Of a stretch of DNA of 46,698 nt, positions 1 through 8,867 are shown piece by piece. The stretch lies in contig JBDUDX010000093.1 of the NCBI GenBank assembly GCA_040002735.1, positions 1 through 46,698 on the forward strand. Direction: 5' to 3'. The notes under the pieces are model-generated. The model made no database searches, was not told where the DNA came from, and worked only from the letters and a program-made list of their open reading frames with translations. How positions within the stretch are numbered: position 1 is the first letter of the stretch; every line of letters starts with the position of its first letter. This stretch comes from Frankiaceae bacterium. GTDB taxonomy: Bacteria > Actinomycetota > Actinomycetes > JADGOV01. The translations under genes and the position numbers were made by a program.

Positions 1-177
1 CGATACCCCTGCCATCGCTTTAAAACTGACCACGACCTGCGGAACTGGGTGCGGCATAGCGTGGACTACGGGCGATCGCCAGCCCCGAAGTGACTGCCGA
101 TCCACGATCTTCACGACCAAGGTCTGGCTGTCACAGCCCAGCACCGCAGCACGGCCGCAGTGTTAGCCCCAATGTAG

Positions 178-768
178 TTGCCGTCAGGCAGGCGGAACGG
201 CAAGCATGGCGTGGTGACCGACTTACCGCAGCATCGCGCCGACAGATTTCTGGAGCCCGATGGTGACCCGCGCGAGGGGGGTACGTCGCTGGGCGACGAG
301 CGGGCGACGCTCACCGAATTCCTGCGCTATCAGCGCCTGACCCTGCAGGTCAAGTGCGAGGGTCTCGACGCCACCCAGTTGGCCCGTCGGGCGGTCGAGC
401 CGTCGACAATGTCACTGCTGGGTCTCCTCCGACACATGGCCGAGGTTGAGCGCGGGTGGTTCCGTCGGCGGTTTGCGGGTCAGGACGTGCCCAAGCTGTA
501 CCAGTCCGAGGCCGAGCCGGACGGAGACTTCGACGGTGCCGTGGCCGATCAGGCGGTGGTGGACCAGGCGTGGTCGGATTGGCGCGAAGAACTTGCCTTC
601 GCTGAGCAGTTCGCGCGGGACACGGACCTCGGCTTCGTCGGACGCGACTCTGACGGCCAGCCCATCTCACTACGTGAACTGTTGGTCCACATGATCGAGG
701 AGTACGCCCGACACAACGGCCATGCCGATCTGCTGCGCGAGCGGATCGATGGCCGCGTCGGGCAGTAG
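178..768 (+). CDS. DinB/DUF664-family protein (four-helix-bundle, mycothiol-transferase-like)
   Basis: ORF 178..768. The translation carries DinB-family hallmarks (DERATLTEFLRYQRLTLQVKCEGL, LLRHMAEVERGWF, LLVHMIEEYARHNGHADLLRERIDG). The track start is TTG; an in-frame GTG at 211 is an equally plausible start. Confidence 0.75.
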   Translation: MPSGRRNGKHGVVTDLPQHRADRFLEPDGDPREGGTSLGDERATLTEFLRYQRLTLQVKCEGLDATQLARRAVEPSTMSLLGLLRHMAEVERGWFRRRFAGQDVPKLYQSEAEPDGDFDGAVADQAVVDQAWSDWREELAFAEQFARDTDLGFVGRDSDGQPISLRELLVHMIEEYARHNGHADLLRERIDGRVGQ

Positions 769-872
769 ACGCATCGGGCAGTAACGCATGGGGCTGTAGA
801 GGCCAAGCAGCGCGCCTGCGGACCGCACACCGCCGACCCGACCGGGAGGCTGGTCGACGTGTGCCGCATCCG

Positions 873-1037
873 GTGCGGATCGACGCCGATCTCCTTGAGC
901 GTCCCGGTCTGCACGTGGTGGTCGCGGGTCCACCACCGGTCAATGCCGGAGGTGAACACCTCGAACGCGCGGTCCGGCGGAATGGCCACATCTACGGCGG
1001 CGTGCACGGCGGTGCTGTTCCCGGTCTGGGCGGTCAC
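873..1037 (-). pseudogene. Truncated SRPBCC/AHSA1-like (activator of Hsp90 ATPase homolog) gene; only about 55 N-terminal codons are recognisable
   Basis: A GTG at 1037 overlaps the ArsR stop (GTGA). The first 55 residues (MTAQTGNSTAVHAAVDVAIPPDRAFEVFTSGIDRWWTRDHHVQTGTLKEIGVDPH) look like an AHSA1/SRPBCC N-terminus. After that the frame turns into Cys/Arg/Ser-rich nonsense. The intact convergent DinB gene ends at 768, leaving room for at most 90 of the roughly 150 expected codons. Confidence 0.45.
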
Positions 1038-1369
1038 TGATCCTCCTGGGACGGACGGGAGGCCGGTTCGGCCTCGACGGTTGCGGCGTAGGCCGCGAGA
1101 GCGGTGGTCCAGAACTGGTCGAAGTACTCGCGTACGGCCGCCACGCCAGCGGGGTCGAGGGCGTAGATCCGGCGGGTGCCCTGCGGGCGTACGGACACCA
1201 GTCCGGCGTGCTTGAGCACTTTGAGGTGCTGGGACACGGCTGGCCGGCTGATAGGGACCTTCCCGGAGATGTCCACCACCGAGCGGGGGCCACCGCCAAG
1301 AAGCTCGAAAATGGAACGGCGGGTCGGATCTGCCAGCGCCTCCAACGCCAATACTTGGTTAGTGCTCAC
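1034..1369 (-). CDS. ArsR/SmtB-family winged-helix transcriptional regulator
   Basis: C-terminal 111 codons of track ORF 1034..1897, starting at GTG 1369 (VSTNQVLALEALADPTRRSIFELL ... ISRPAVSQHLKVLKHAGLV). The upstream part of the track ORF is low-complexity and not homologous. Confidence 0.85.
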   Translation of the reverse strand: MSTNQVLALEALADPTRRSIFELLGGGPRSVVDISGKVPISRPAVSQHLKVLKHAGLVSVRPQGTRRIYALDPAGVAAVREYFDQFWTTALAAYAATVEAEPASRPSQEDQ

Positions 1370-1600
1370 GAACGGTACGTTGCCACTTACCAAATACGCC
1401 GTCAAGCCCCCGACCTGACTGCTCGCACCTGCGCCCGAGCGAGCTGCGCGGCGGAAAGCGAATGCTAGAAGATCACTGGTCTGGCATGTATGTGGTCGGT
1501 GCGCTTCACTAGCTAGGCCGCAGGACATCGTCGGCGGAGGACTTGGCTGGACCGCGTTAACACAACTTTCTGCTGGCCCGCAGACATAAGGTTGGAGGCC

Positions 1601-2211
1601 ATGGCGAAACTGATCTACTCGGCGTTGACGTCGCTTGACGGGTATGTGGCGGACGAAGACGGAGCCTTCGACTGGGCGGCACCGGACGAGGAGGTGCACA
1701 CTTTCTTCAACGACCGCGAACGGCCCGTGGGTACCTATCTGTACGGGCGCCGGATGTATGAGGTGATGGTCGCCTGGGAGAGCCCGCAGGCGGTCACCAG
1801 CCAGCCGACTTTCGTCAGGGATTTTGCGCGATCTGGCAGGGTGCCGAGAAGATCGTGTACTCCCGGACGCTCGACGCCGTTTCCAGCGCTCGGACACTCA
1901 TCGAGCGAACTTTCGATCCGGAAACCATCCGGCGGATGAAGGCGCAAGCCGGACGGGACATCACCGTGGGCGGTCCCCACCTCGCCGCCTACGCGATGCG
2001 AGCAGGGTTGGTCGACGAGTACAACTTATTTGTCGCCCCCGTGGTGGTCGGCGGGGGGAACTCGGCCTTGCCCGCCGGGGTCCGGGTACAACTGGAGCTG
2101 CTGGACGAGCACCGTTTCGGCAATGGCGTGGTCTATCTCCGGTACCGCACCCGAGGGGTGGAACATATCGCTCAGTCAGCCGGGGAATCTGCGGTCGATC
2201 TCGTCCAGTAG
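1601..2211 (+). pseudogene. Dihydrofolate-reductase-like protein (RibD C-terminal domain family), disrupted by a 1-nt frameshift near 1831
   Basis: Track ORFs 1592..1939 and 1855..2211 are the two halves of one gene. MAKLIYSALTSLDGYVADEDGAFDW...FVRDFAR continues in the other frame as IWQGAEKIVYSRTLD...ITVGGPHLAAYAMRAGLVDEYNLFVAPVVVGGG. The frames meet at cga/atc sharing nt 1831, so one base is missing. Confidence 0.7.
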
Positions 2212-2259
2212 GGCCAAGGAAAGGTGTCGAAAGCCGTTCCTCGGTTGGGTGATACGCGG

Positions 2260-2928
2260 TCAGTCTCGTGTGGGCGCTGAGCCGAGGCCGGCTTCCCGAG
2301 CGCGGACGATCGCGCTAGGACGGTCGACCACCTGAAGCTTGGTCAAGATGATCGACACATTGTTCCGGATGGTTTTCTCGCTGAGCGCGAGCCGTTCGGC
2401 GATGGCGCCGTTGCTCTGGCCGGCGGCTATCAGGTTGAGGATGTCGTGTTCGCGTGCGGTCAAGGCCGGAAATGGCTGGGGGCTCTGTCGTCGGGCTGAT
2501 TGGAAGTAGTCGCCCATCCGGGCGGCGATGGCGGCACCGAGAATAACCTCTCCAGCCGCCACGGCGGTGATGGCCCGAATGATGTCGTCCGGCGCGGCGC
2601 CCTTGAGGACGTAGCCTCTGGCTCCGGCTCTCATGGCGGCGAACACCAAGGTGTCGTCCTCCAGCATGGTCAACATGAGGATGCCGATCGTCGGGTTCCG
2701 GTCAAGGATGTGGCGGGTGGAATCGATACCGCTCATCGCGGGCATCCGGATATCCATCAGGACGACGTCGGGTCCGTGCTCGGCGCAGCCGGCCACCGCC
2801 TCTGCGCCGTCAGCGGCTTCGCCGGCAAACTCCAGGACAGCGCTTTCCTCGACCAGCGTGCGCAGGCCGGAGCGGAACACCGGGTGGTCATCGGCGATGA
2901 GAACGCGAATCGGTCGCTCAGAGCTCAC
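2260..2928 (-). CDS. NarL/LuxR-family two-component response regulator
   Basis: REC domain (IRVLIADDHPVFRSGL, DVVLMDIRMP) plus a LuxR HTH (LTAREHDILNLIAAGQSNGAIAERLALSEKTIRNNVSIILTKL). GTG start at 2928 overlaps the kinase stop (2925..2927). Confidence 0.9.
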   Translation of the reverse strand: MSSERPIRVLIADDHPVFRSGLRTLVEESAVLEFAGEAADGAEAVAGCAEHGPDVVLMDIRMPAMSGIDSTRHILDRNPTIGILMLTMLEDDTLVFAAMRAGARGYVLKGAAPDDIIRAITAVAAGEVILGAAIAARMGDYFQSARRQSPQPFPALTAREHDILNLIAAGQSNGAIAERLALSEKTIRNNVSIILTKLQVVDRPSAIVRAREAGLGSAPTRD

Positions 2929-4927
2929 GGCGACTCCAGGGGGATGGTGGCCCGGATAAGCGTTCCGACAAGAGCACCCCGTTCGACGCTGCACTGCCCG
3001 CCAAGCTCGGCGGCGCGCTCCCGCATCGACAAGATGCCGACGCCGGCTCGGTAACCAGCTGGCAGACCGCGGCCGTTGTCGCTGATCTCGACGTGCACGG
3101 CGCTGTCAACGCTGACCTCAACTCCTCCCTCTGTCGCCGAGGCATGCCGCGCGATGTTCGTCATCGCCTCCAGCGCAATTCGGTAGGCGGCAACTTCAAT
3201 GGCTGCGGGAAGTTGCAGCGAAGATCCGGGGCCGACCACGGTGATCTGACCGAACGCCCTGGCCTTCTCGGTGAGGGCCCCGATCAAGCCCAGTTCGTCG
3301 AGCGCGGGAGGTCGGAGGTTGTACACAAGACGACGCACCTCGGCGATGGCCTGCTGGATCTGCCCGGTCAGCTCGTCCAGCTGGACACGGGCTTTCCCCG
3401 GGTCGGTGGTCAGATGCTGCCGGGCGCGCTGCAAACCGAGCACGACACCGGCCAGACCGGGGCCAAGGCCGTCGCGCAAGTCACGGCGCAACCGGCGGCG
3501 TTCCTCCTCGGTGGCCGCGATGAGATGTTCCCGTGATCGCTGTAGGTCACGGGTAAGCGAGACGGCGTGGCCGGCGGCCGCCACCTGCTGGGTAATTCCC
3601 TTGAGCAGTGTCCGCTCCGCAGCCGTGAACGGGAGCCCGGTCTCGCGCTGCTCACGGTAAGCACGCCGATCGTCTCACCCGCGAAAACAAGGGGAAAGGT
3701 GTCCCGCGGCGCGCCGCCGGCACGGCCAACCACGGTCGAGTGGCCCTCGATCTCGATGGCAACATGCGGGATCCGCAGGGCGTCGCGCACGGTGCGGGCC
3801 ACAACCGGGAGCACGTCCTCGGGGGCGGCGGCGTCTTCGAGGCGTTGGCCGAGGCGGACGAGCGCCCCGTACGGGTCATCTCGATACCCGTAAACGAGAC
3901 GGTTGGCGGCTCGGGCCAGCAGGTCACGAAGGGGGAGGGCCAGCAGTACCGCGGCCAGTAACGCGACCTGCGAGCCAATCGCGGGCGACACAAGCATCTG
4001 AACACCGGCTCCGACGAGCAGGTAAACGGTGATCACGCAGACGCTCAACGAGCCGTAGAGCAGGGTTCGGCTGATCGCCAGGCGGGCGTCGAAGAGCCCG
4101 TAGCGACGGATAGCGATCCAAGCAGTCCCGGCCAATGCCATCACGGGCAGCGCCTGGGCGGGCAGCGCGTTAAGGCTGTCCCCCGTCACCGCGGTGATCG
4201 CCAGGGTCAGCCACCAGGAGGCGGCGATCAACCAGGCCGCCGGTTCCACCAGCCGGAGCGCACGGAAGTCCCACTCGCCGACAATCCGGCGGCGCAGGTG
4301 TAGCGACCAGGCGTTGAGTGTACTGAGAGGCGCGATCAGTACGATGCACCCGAGAAGACCGTTGGCGACCTGTCCGGCAGCGCCGGGCAACGCGGTCGGG
4401 TTCGGACGCTCCGGAAAGTCAAGCAGGGCGGACCCGAACAGCAGACTGATGCTGATCCCGGTGAGGGCACCGAGACCGGTCACCAGCGTGGGGCGCCACC
4501 GCGGCGACGGCAGCCGCCCGTCCGGGAACAGCAGCATGCCCACGGTCGGGATCACCGCAAGGGCCGGAACCCACGGCCACCCGTCCAGCCATCCAGCCAT
4601 CCAGCCATCCAGCCATCCAGCCCAAGCTGCGGCCGGCAGATCGGCGCCGGCATTGAACACCGCTCGGGCGTAGAGGTACGCGGCAGCCGCCAGCGGCAGG
4701 CAGGTGCCGCTGGCGAGCACTATCCAGCCGACCGGATTGCGTGGCTGGCTCCGCACAACCGCGGCGCCCACCAACGGAACCGACAGGAAGCCGACGGCCA
4801 GGACAGCAATTACCACGGTGCGCGGCGTAGGGTCATACCGCGCACTCAGCACCGCTGCCGCCGCCGACAGTCCGGCGGCGGCCACGGCAGTTCGAGACAC
4901 TGCAATCACAGCGCTGATGTTGTTCAT
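2925..4927 (-). pseudogene. Membrane sensor histidine kinase (HisKA_3 + HATPase_c, NarX/DesK type), frameshifted near 3641..3650, with Arg in place of the H-box His
   Basis: Track ORF 3410..4927 gives the multi-TM N-terminus and sensor region up to ...FAGETIGVLTVS. Track ORF 2925..3584 gives the catalytic core (LIAATEEERRRLRRDLRDGLGP, AAYRIALEAMTNIARHA, DNGRGL, GVGILSMRERAAELGG). The second frame stays open upstream to a TGA at 3675..3677 and reads RETGLPFTAAERTLLKGITQQV. A single indel therefore joins the two ORFs. Confidence 0.75.
4584..4623. repeat. Octanucleotide tandem repeat (TCCAGCCA x4 perfect plus 1 imperfect copy) inside the kinase gene
   Basis: Read directly: tccagcca tccagcca tccagcca tccagcca tccagccc. 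On the coding strand it encodes WAGWLDGWMAGWLDGW. Confidence 0.9.
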
Positions 4928-4960
4928 CTCGGCAGATTGTCCTCCTGCCGGCCGTTATGG

Positions 4961-5653
4961 TCAGGTGGATGCCGGCGCCGCCGGTCCAACCCGGGCCATG
5001 GCGACGGTTGTTTCTCCGCTGCCGGATTCGTGGCGTACGAGCGAGATCGCACACGCGCCGAAGCCGGCCGCTAACAGCGCGAAACCCGCAGCGGCGAGCC
5101 AACGAGATCCACTGGCCTCGCCGGCCATCGCGAGAAACGGCCATACCGCCACCGCGAGCGCCGACCACCGCGGCACCACCCCGACGCGAGCCAAGGCAAT
5201 TCCCAAGAGCACAAACCCCACTGCGTGACCGATGAGATAGGCCGCCACTACCCCCACCACGACGGGATGAGACAAGTACCCGTCCACCAGTGCCACCGCT
5301 GCGGCTCGATCGGAAGACCTTGCGGCGACGTAGAGCAAGACGTCGCTACCCAGCAGGTATCCCGCGCTGAGCCACGTCAGAAAGATGAGGCCGGCCCCCG
5401 ATGCGGCGAGCCTTGAGCTTCGCCCGCCCGCCAGCGAGCCGACGTACAGCACCGCAGGCGCGACCAGCAGGATCAGCAGGTCCAGCAGCACAGCCCAGCG
5501 CAACCGAGCCAGCTGATCGGCTGCCTGGCTCACCTGCACCGCCGCGGAATCCGCCTCACCGATCGGCGTGACCAGAAACTGCGCCAGTTGCCCAACCGGT
5601 CCCGCCACCAGACACACCACACCGGCGGCCGTCGTCCATCGCACTGTCCTCAC
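4961..5653 (-). CDS. Hypothetical integral membrane protein (about 6 TM segments), first gene of the kinase/regulator operon
   Basis: ORF 4961..5653. Hydrophobic segments run throughout (AAGVVCLVAGPVG, LLDLLILLVAPAVLYVG, GLIFLTWLSAGYLLG, VVVGVVAAYLIGHAVGFVLLGIAL). Same strand as the kinase start, 33 nt upstream of it. Confidence 0.6.
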   Translation of the reverse strand: MRTVRWTTAAGVVCLVAGPVGQLAQFLVTPIGEADSAAVQVSQAADQLARLRWAVLLDLLILLVAPAVLYVGSLAGGRSSRLAASGAGLIFLTWLSAGYLLGSDVLLYVAARSSDRAAAVALVDGYLSHPVVVGVVAAYLIGHAVGFVLLGIALARVGVVPRWSALAVAVWPFLAMAGEASGSRWLAAAGFALLAAGFGACAISLVRHESGSGETTVAMARVGPAAPAST

Positions 5654-5862
5654 AAGTCGCCCCGTCCAAGTAGAGATCCCGTCGCAGACCGACGGTCGAA
5701 GAGCACAATCGCCCGCGGCTGGGTCCCGGGAACAGAGACCCCGGTCCTGCGATGTCGGGAGATCCGTGGCTCGCGTCGGCTAGATTCTGTTCCCACCACA
5801 CGGACGTACCGGGCGGGGCCGAGGTGCCCGGCCATGTCGGGATGAAGGAAGAGGGCCTTGCG

Positions 5863-7032
5863 ATGACCGGTCGTCAAGGCGTGCCCGGGCAACCCGCCGT
5901 GGGTAACGCCCTGCACGGCGTACGCGTCATCGACATGGCCACCGTGATAGCCGGTCCTGGCGCGGCACGCTATCTCGCCGACTTCGGCGCGGATGTCATC
6001 AAGGTCGAGCCGCCGGACGGCGACGGCACCCGACGCCTGGGGTGGACACTTCCCGGTGATCTCGACTCGCTGTTCTGGAAACTCGTCAACCGCGGCAAGC
6101 GGTCGGTAACCCTCGATCTCAAGGACAGCACCGACCGCGAGCGGATGCTCGCGCTGCTGGACACCGCGCAGATCCTCGTGGAGAACCTGCGGCCGGGAAA
6201 GTTGGAGCAATTGGGACTTGCACCCGACTATCTCCTGAGCCGCAATCCCGCCCTCGTCATCCTTCGCGTCTCCGGCTTCGGGCAAACCGGACCGTACGCA
6301 GCACGGCCCGGATTCGCAACCATCGCGGAAGCCCTTTCAGGGTTGTCTGACCTCAGCGGCGAACCGGGCGGTGGCCCACTGCTGCCACCGATTGCCCTCA
6401 CCGATGAGGTAACCGCCCTCGTCGGGGCCTTCGCGGCAATGGTCGCGCTCCGTCACGCCGAACGCCTGGGCGTGGGCCAGGTCATCGACGTCAGTCTGCT
6501 GGAATCGACACTGCAGATCTTGGGACCATTGCCGTCGGCCTGGGCACATCTGGGTTACCTACAGCCACGGCTTGGTTCCGGGCTGCCCTACGCGGTACCG
6601 AGAGGTACCTATCGCTGCTCCGACGGCGTATGGGTAGCCCTCTCGGCGTCAGCGGACTCCGTGGCGTCCCGGGTGTTACAGCTCTTGGGATTGGACGGCG
6701 ACTCGCGCTTTGTGGACTTTCCCGGCCGCTTCGCGCATCGAGAGGCGCTGGAAAGGCTGACCAGGAACTGGATTGCACAACGGTCCTCGGGGCATGTGCT
6801 CGCTGCCTTTGCCGAGGTGGATGCGGCGATCGCTCCGGTGTACACGATGGCTGACGTGGCGCAGGATCCGCACATCAAGGCTCGCAACTGCCTGATTCCG
6901 GTGGACGGCGTGATCATGCAAGACGTCGTGGCCGGGATGTCGAAGACCCCCGGGTCCGTACGAAGCGTCGGGCCCAGCCTGGGCCAGCACAACGAGGAAG
7001 TTTTCGCAGAGCTGGCGGAACGGGAAAGCTGA
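5863..7032 (+). CDS. Family III CoA-transferase (CaiB/BaiF/Frc family)
   Basis: GVRVIDMATVIAGPGAARYLADFGADVIKVEPPDGDGTRRLGW, LVENLRPGKLEQLGL and GFATIAEALSGL are typical of the family. ATG 5863 is preceded by GGAAGAGG. The track ORF start at 5752 adds a non-homologous extension. Confidence 0.85.
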   Translation: MTGRQGVPGQPAVGNALHGVRVIDMATVIAGPGAARYLADFGADVIKVEPPDGDGTRRLGWTLPGDLDSLFWKLVNRGKRSVTLDLKDSTDRERMLALLDTAQILVENLRPGKLEQLGLAPDYLLSRNPALVILRVSGFGQTGPYAARPGFATIAEALSGLSDLSGEPGGGPLLPPIALTDEVTALVGAFAAMVALRHAERLGVGQVIDVSLLESTLQILGPLPSAWAHLGYLQPRLGSGLPYAVPRGTYRCSDGVWVALSASADSVASRVLQLLGLDGDSRFVDFPGRFAHREALERLTRNWIAQRSSGHVLAAFAEVDAAIAPVYTMADVAQDPHIKARNCLIPVDGVIMQDVVAGMSKTPGSVRSVGPSLGQHNEEVFAELAERES

Positions 7033-7089
7033 GCGTTACGCCACAAGCACTGAGCCAGGCGGAGGCAGGCAGCCGTACTTCCTGCATCC

Positions 7090-7110
7090 GCCGGCGGGCG
7101 GCTCGCCGGC
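7090..7110 (+). terminator. Candidate terminator hairpin downstream of the CoA-transferase gene
   Basis: gccggcg-ggcggct-cgccggc (7-bp GC stem) followed by tt, 58 nt after the stop codon. The U-tract is weak. Confidence 0.3.
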
Positions 7111-7396
7111 TTGCACGACCGCACGCCCATGGTGATCCCCCGAGCCCGATGGGACGAGTGGGGTCGGAAACGTCCGCGATCCGGTGCGCAGCTGATCGAC
7201 CGCGGCTCGAGTTGGAGCGGCAGCCCGGTGAAGCAGGGCTTGATGTCGCCCAACGCCATCACGAGATTCCGATTCCGCCTCTACCGGCCGTTCCACTCGG
7301 GCGTTAGCGTTCCCCGTAGCCAACGGCCTAGAAGGGATCTGCGATGACCGTCGATGCAGCGCCGGGTTCGCCGGATAGTTCGGTGAGGTTCGAGTC

Positions 7397-7783
7397 ATGG
7401 TGACCCGAGTCGACCTCACCGAGGCGGCGGCGGAATTGCTCCGTCGCCTCTACCGTGACCATGGACCCTTGATGTTCCACCAGTCCGGCGGCTGTTGTGA
7501 CGGCAGTTCGCCGATGTGCTATCTCGCCGGCGAGTTTCACATCGGGCAGTCCGATGTCCACCTGGAAGACCTCGTTGTGGACGGCATCCCCGAGCCGATC
7601 GGCATCTGGATGTCGGGGCCGCAGTACGAGTACTGGCGGCACACCCACCTCACCATCGATGTCGTACCGGGCCGCGGTGGTGGCTTCTCTCTGGAAGCTC
7701 CCGAAGGCTTCCGCTTCCTGATCCGCTCACGGTTGCTCACCGAGTCCGAGCTGATGGAGTTGGGTGCACTCGGCCGCGGCTGA
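7397..7783 (+). CDS. DUF779-family protein
   Basis: ORF 7397..7783. LMFHQSGGCCDGSSPMCY, DVHLEDLVV, IWMSGPQYEYWRHTHLTIDVVPGRGGGFSLE match the DUF779 pattern. GGTGAGG lies upstream of the ATG. Confidence 0.8.
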   Translation: MVTRVDLTEAAAELLRRLYRDHGPLMFHQSGGCCDGSSPMCYLAGEFHIGQSDVHLEDLVVDGIPEPIGIWMSGPQYEYWRHTHLTIDVVPGRGGGFSLEAPEGFRFLIRSRLLTESELMELGALGRG

Positions 7784-7803
7784 GAGAACTGTCGCCCAGG
7801 AGC

Positions 7804-8835
7804 TCAGCCGCCTTCCAGCCGCCGGCTCCGCTGCTCCTCGCCGGGACCGCCGTAGGGGTAATCGGCCGCGGCCGGGTCGCTCGCACTGTCCAGCCGAGCC
7901 GTCTCCTCGGCGGAGAGATGCAGATCGGCAGCGCCGAGGTTGTCTTCCAGTTGCTCAGTGGTGCGCGCGCCCAGGATCAACGAGGTGACGGCAGGGCGGT
8001 CGACCAGCCAGGCCAGCGCCACCTGGGCCTTGGACACACCCCGCTGCTCGGCGATCCGGCCCACCTCATCGACGACGGCCCAGGTCCGCGCACTGACGCT
8101 CCGCCGGTCGTAGGCTTCCACGCCACGGTCCGGATTCTCTCCGAGCCGGGTCGCGCCGGTCGGTCGCAGATCTCGCCGGTACTTGCCCGTCAGCCAGCCA
8201 CCGCCGAGCGGTGACCAGGGCAGCAGCCCCAGTCCATTCGCCTGCGCCGCCGGGACGATCTCCCACTCGATCTCCCGCACCAGCAGGTTGTACTGCGGTT
8301 GCACGGTCACGGGTCGGGTCAGGTTGCGGAACTCGGCCACATCCACCGCCCGCTGCAGTTGCCAGCCGGTGAAGTTGGACAGCCCGACGTAGTGCACCTT
8401 GCCCGCGCGCACCGCCGCGTCGAGGAAGCTCAACGTCTCCTCCAGCGGGGTCCACGGGTCGAACGCGTGCACCTGGTAGAGATCGACACGCTCTACCCGC
8501 AACCGGCGCAGGGAGGCGTCCAACGCCGCGGCGAGATGCCGCCGGGAAAGCCCGGCGTCGTTGGGCCCGTCCCCCATCGGGAAGCGGCCCTTGGTGGCCA
8601 GTACCAGCTGCTCCCGCACTGCAGCGGAACTGCCGCTCAGCCACCGACCAACAACCTCTTCACTCCGACCGACGCTGTAGACGTCGGCGGTGTCAATGAG
8701 GGTGCCACCCGCCTCGACGTACCGGTCGAGCTGGTCCTGGGCACCCTCCTCGTCGGTCTCCGCGCCGAACGTCATGGTGCCCAGCGCCAGCGTCGAGACG
8801 GCGCATCCGCTCCTGCCCAGCGGCCGGTACTCCAC
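7804..8835 (-). CDS. Aldo/keto reductase (AKR11/Tas-like)
   Basis: From GTG 8835 (AGGAGG 8 nt upstream): VEYRPLGRSGCAVSTLALGTMTFG, LIDTADVYSVGRSEEVVGRWL, VDLYQVHAFD, YVGLSNFTGWQL, QPQYNLLVREIE. The track ORF extends to 9312 through the cysK antisense frame. Confidence 0.85.
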   Translation of the reverse strand: MEYRPLGRSGCAVSTLALGTMTFGAETDEEGAQDQLDRYVEAGGTLIDTADVYSVGRSEEVVGRWLSGSSAAVREQLVLATKGRFPMGDGPNDAGLSRRHLAAALDASLRRLRVERVDLYQVHAFDPWTPLEETLSFLDAAVRAGKVHYVGLSNFTGWQLQRAVDVAEFRNLTRPVTVQPQYNLLVREIEWEIVPAAQANGLGLLPWSPLGGGWLTGKYRRDLRPTGATRLGENPDRGVEAYDRRSVSARTWAVVDEVGRIAEQRGVSKAQVALAWLVDRPAVTSLILGARTTEQLEDNLGAADLHLSAEETARLDSASDPAAADYPYGGPGEEQRSRRLEGG

Positions 8836-8867
8836 CGTTTTGCCTCCTGTCGTCGGCTGGCTGGCGC

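Noticed and set aside
1-93. Possible 3' end of a CDS entering from the left (…YPCHRFKTDHDLRNWVRHSVDYGRSPAPK, stop at 91..93).
   Set aside because: Only 30 codons are visible, coding bias is modest, and I recognise no family. It cannot be supported.
6609-7262. Minus-strand ORF starting MMALGDIKPCFTGLPLQLEPRS..., with somewhat G/C-rich third positions in 7141..7260.
   Set aside because: The periodicity (80/60/65% by position class) is far weaker than in real genes here and is shared with a plus-strand frame. Most of the ORF is antisense to the CoA-transferase, and no family is recognisable. It is kept only as a note under the DUF779 finding.
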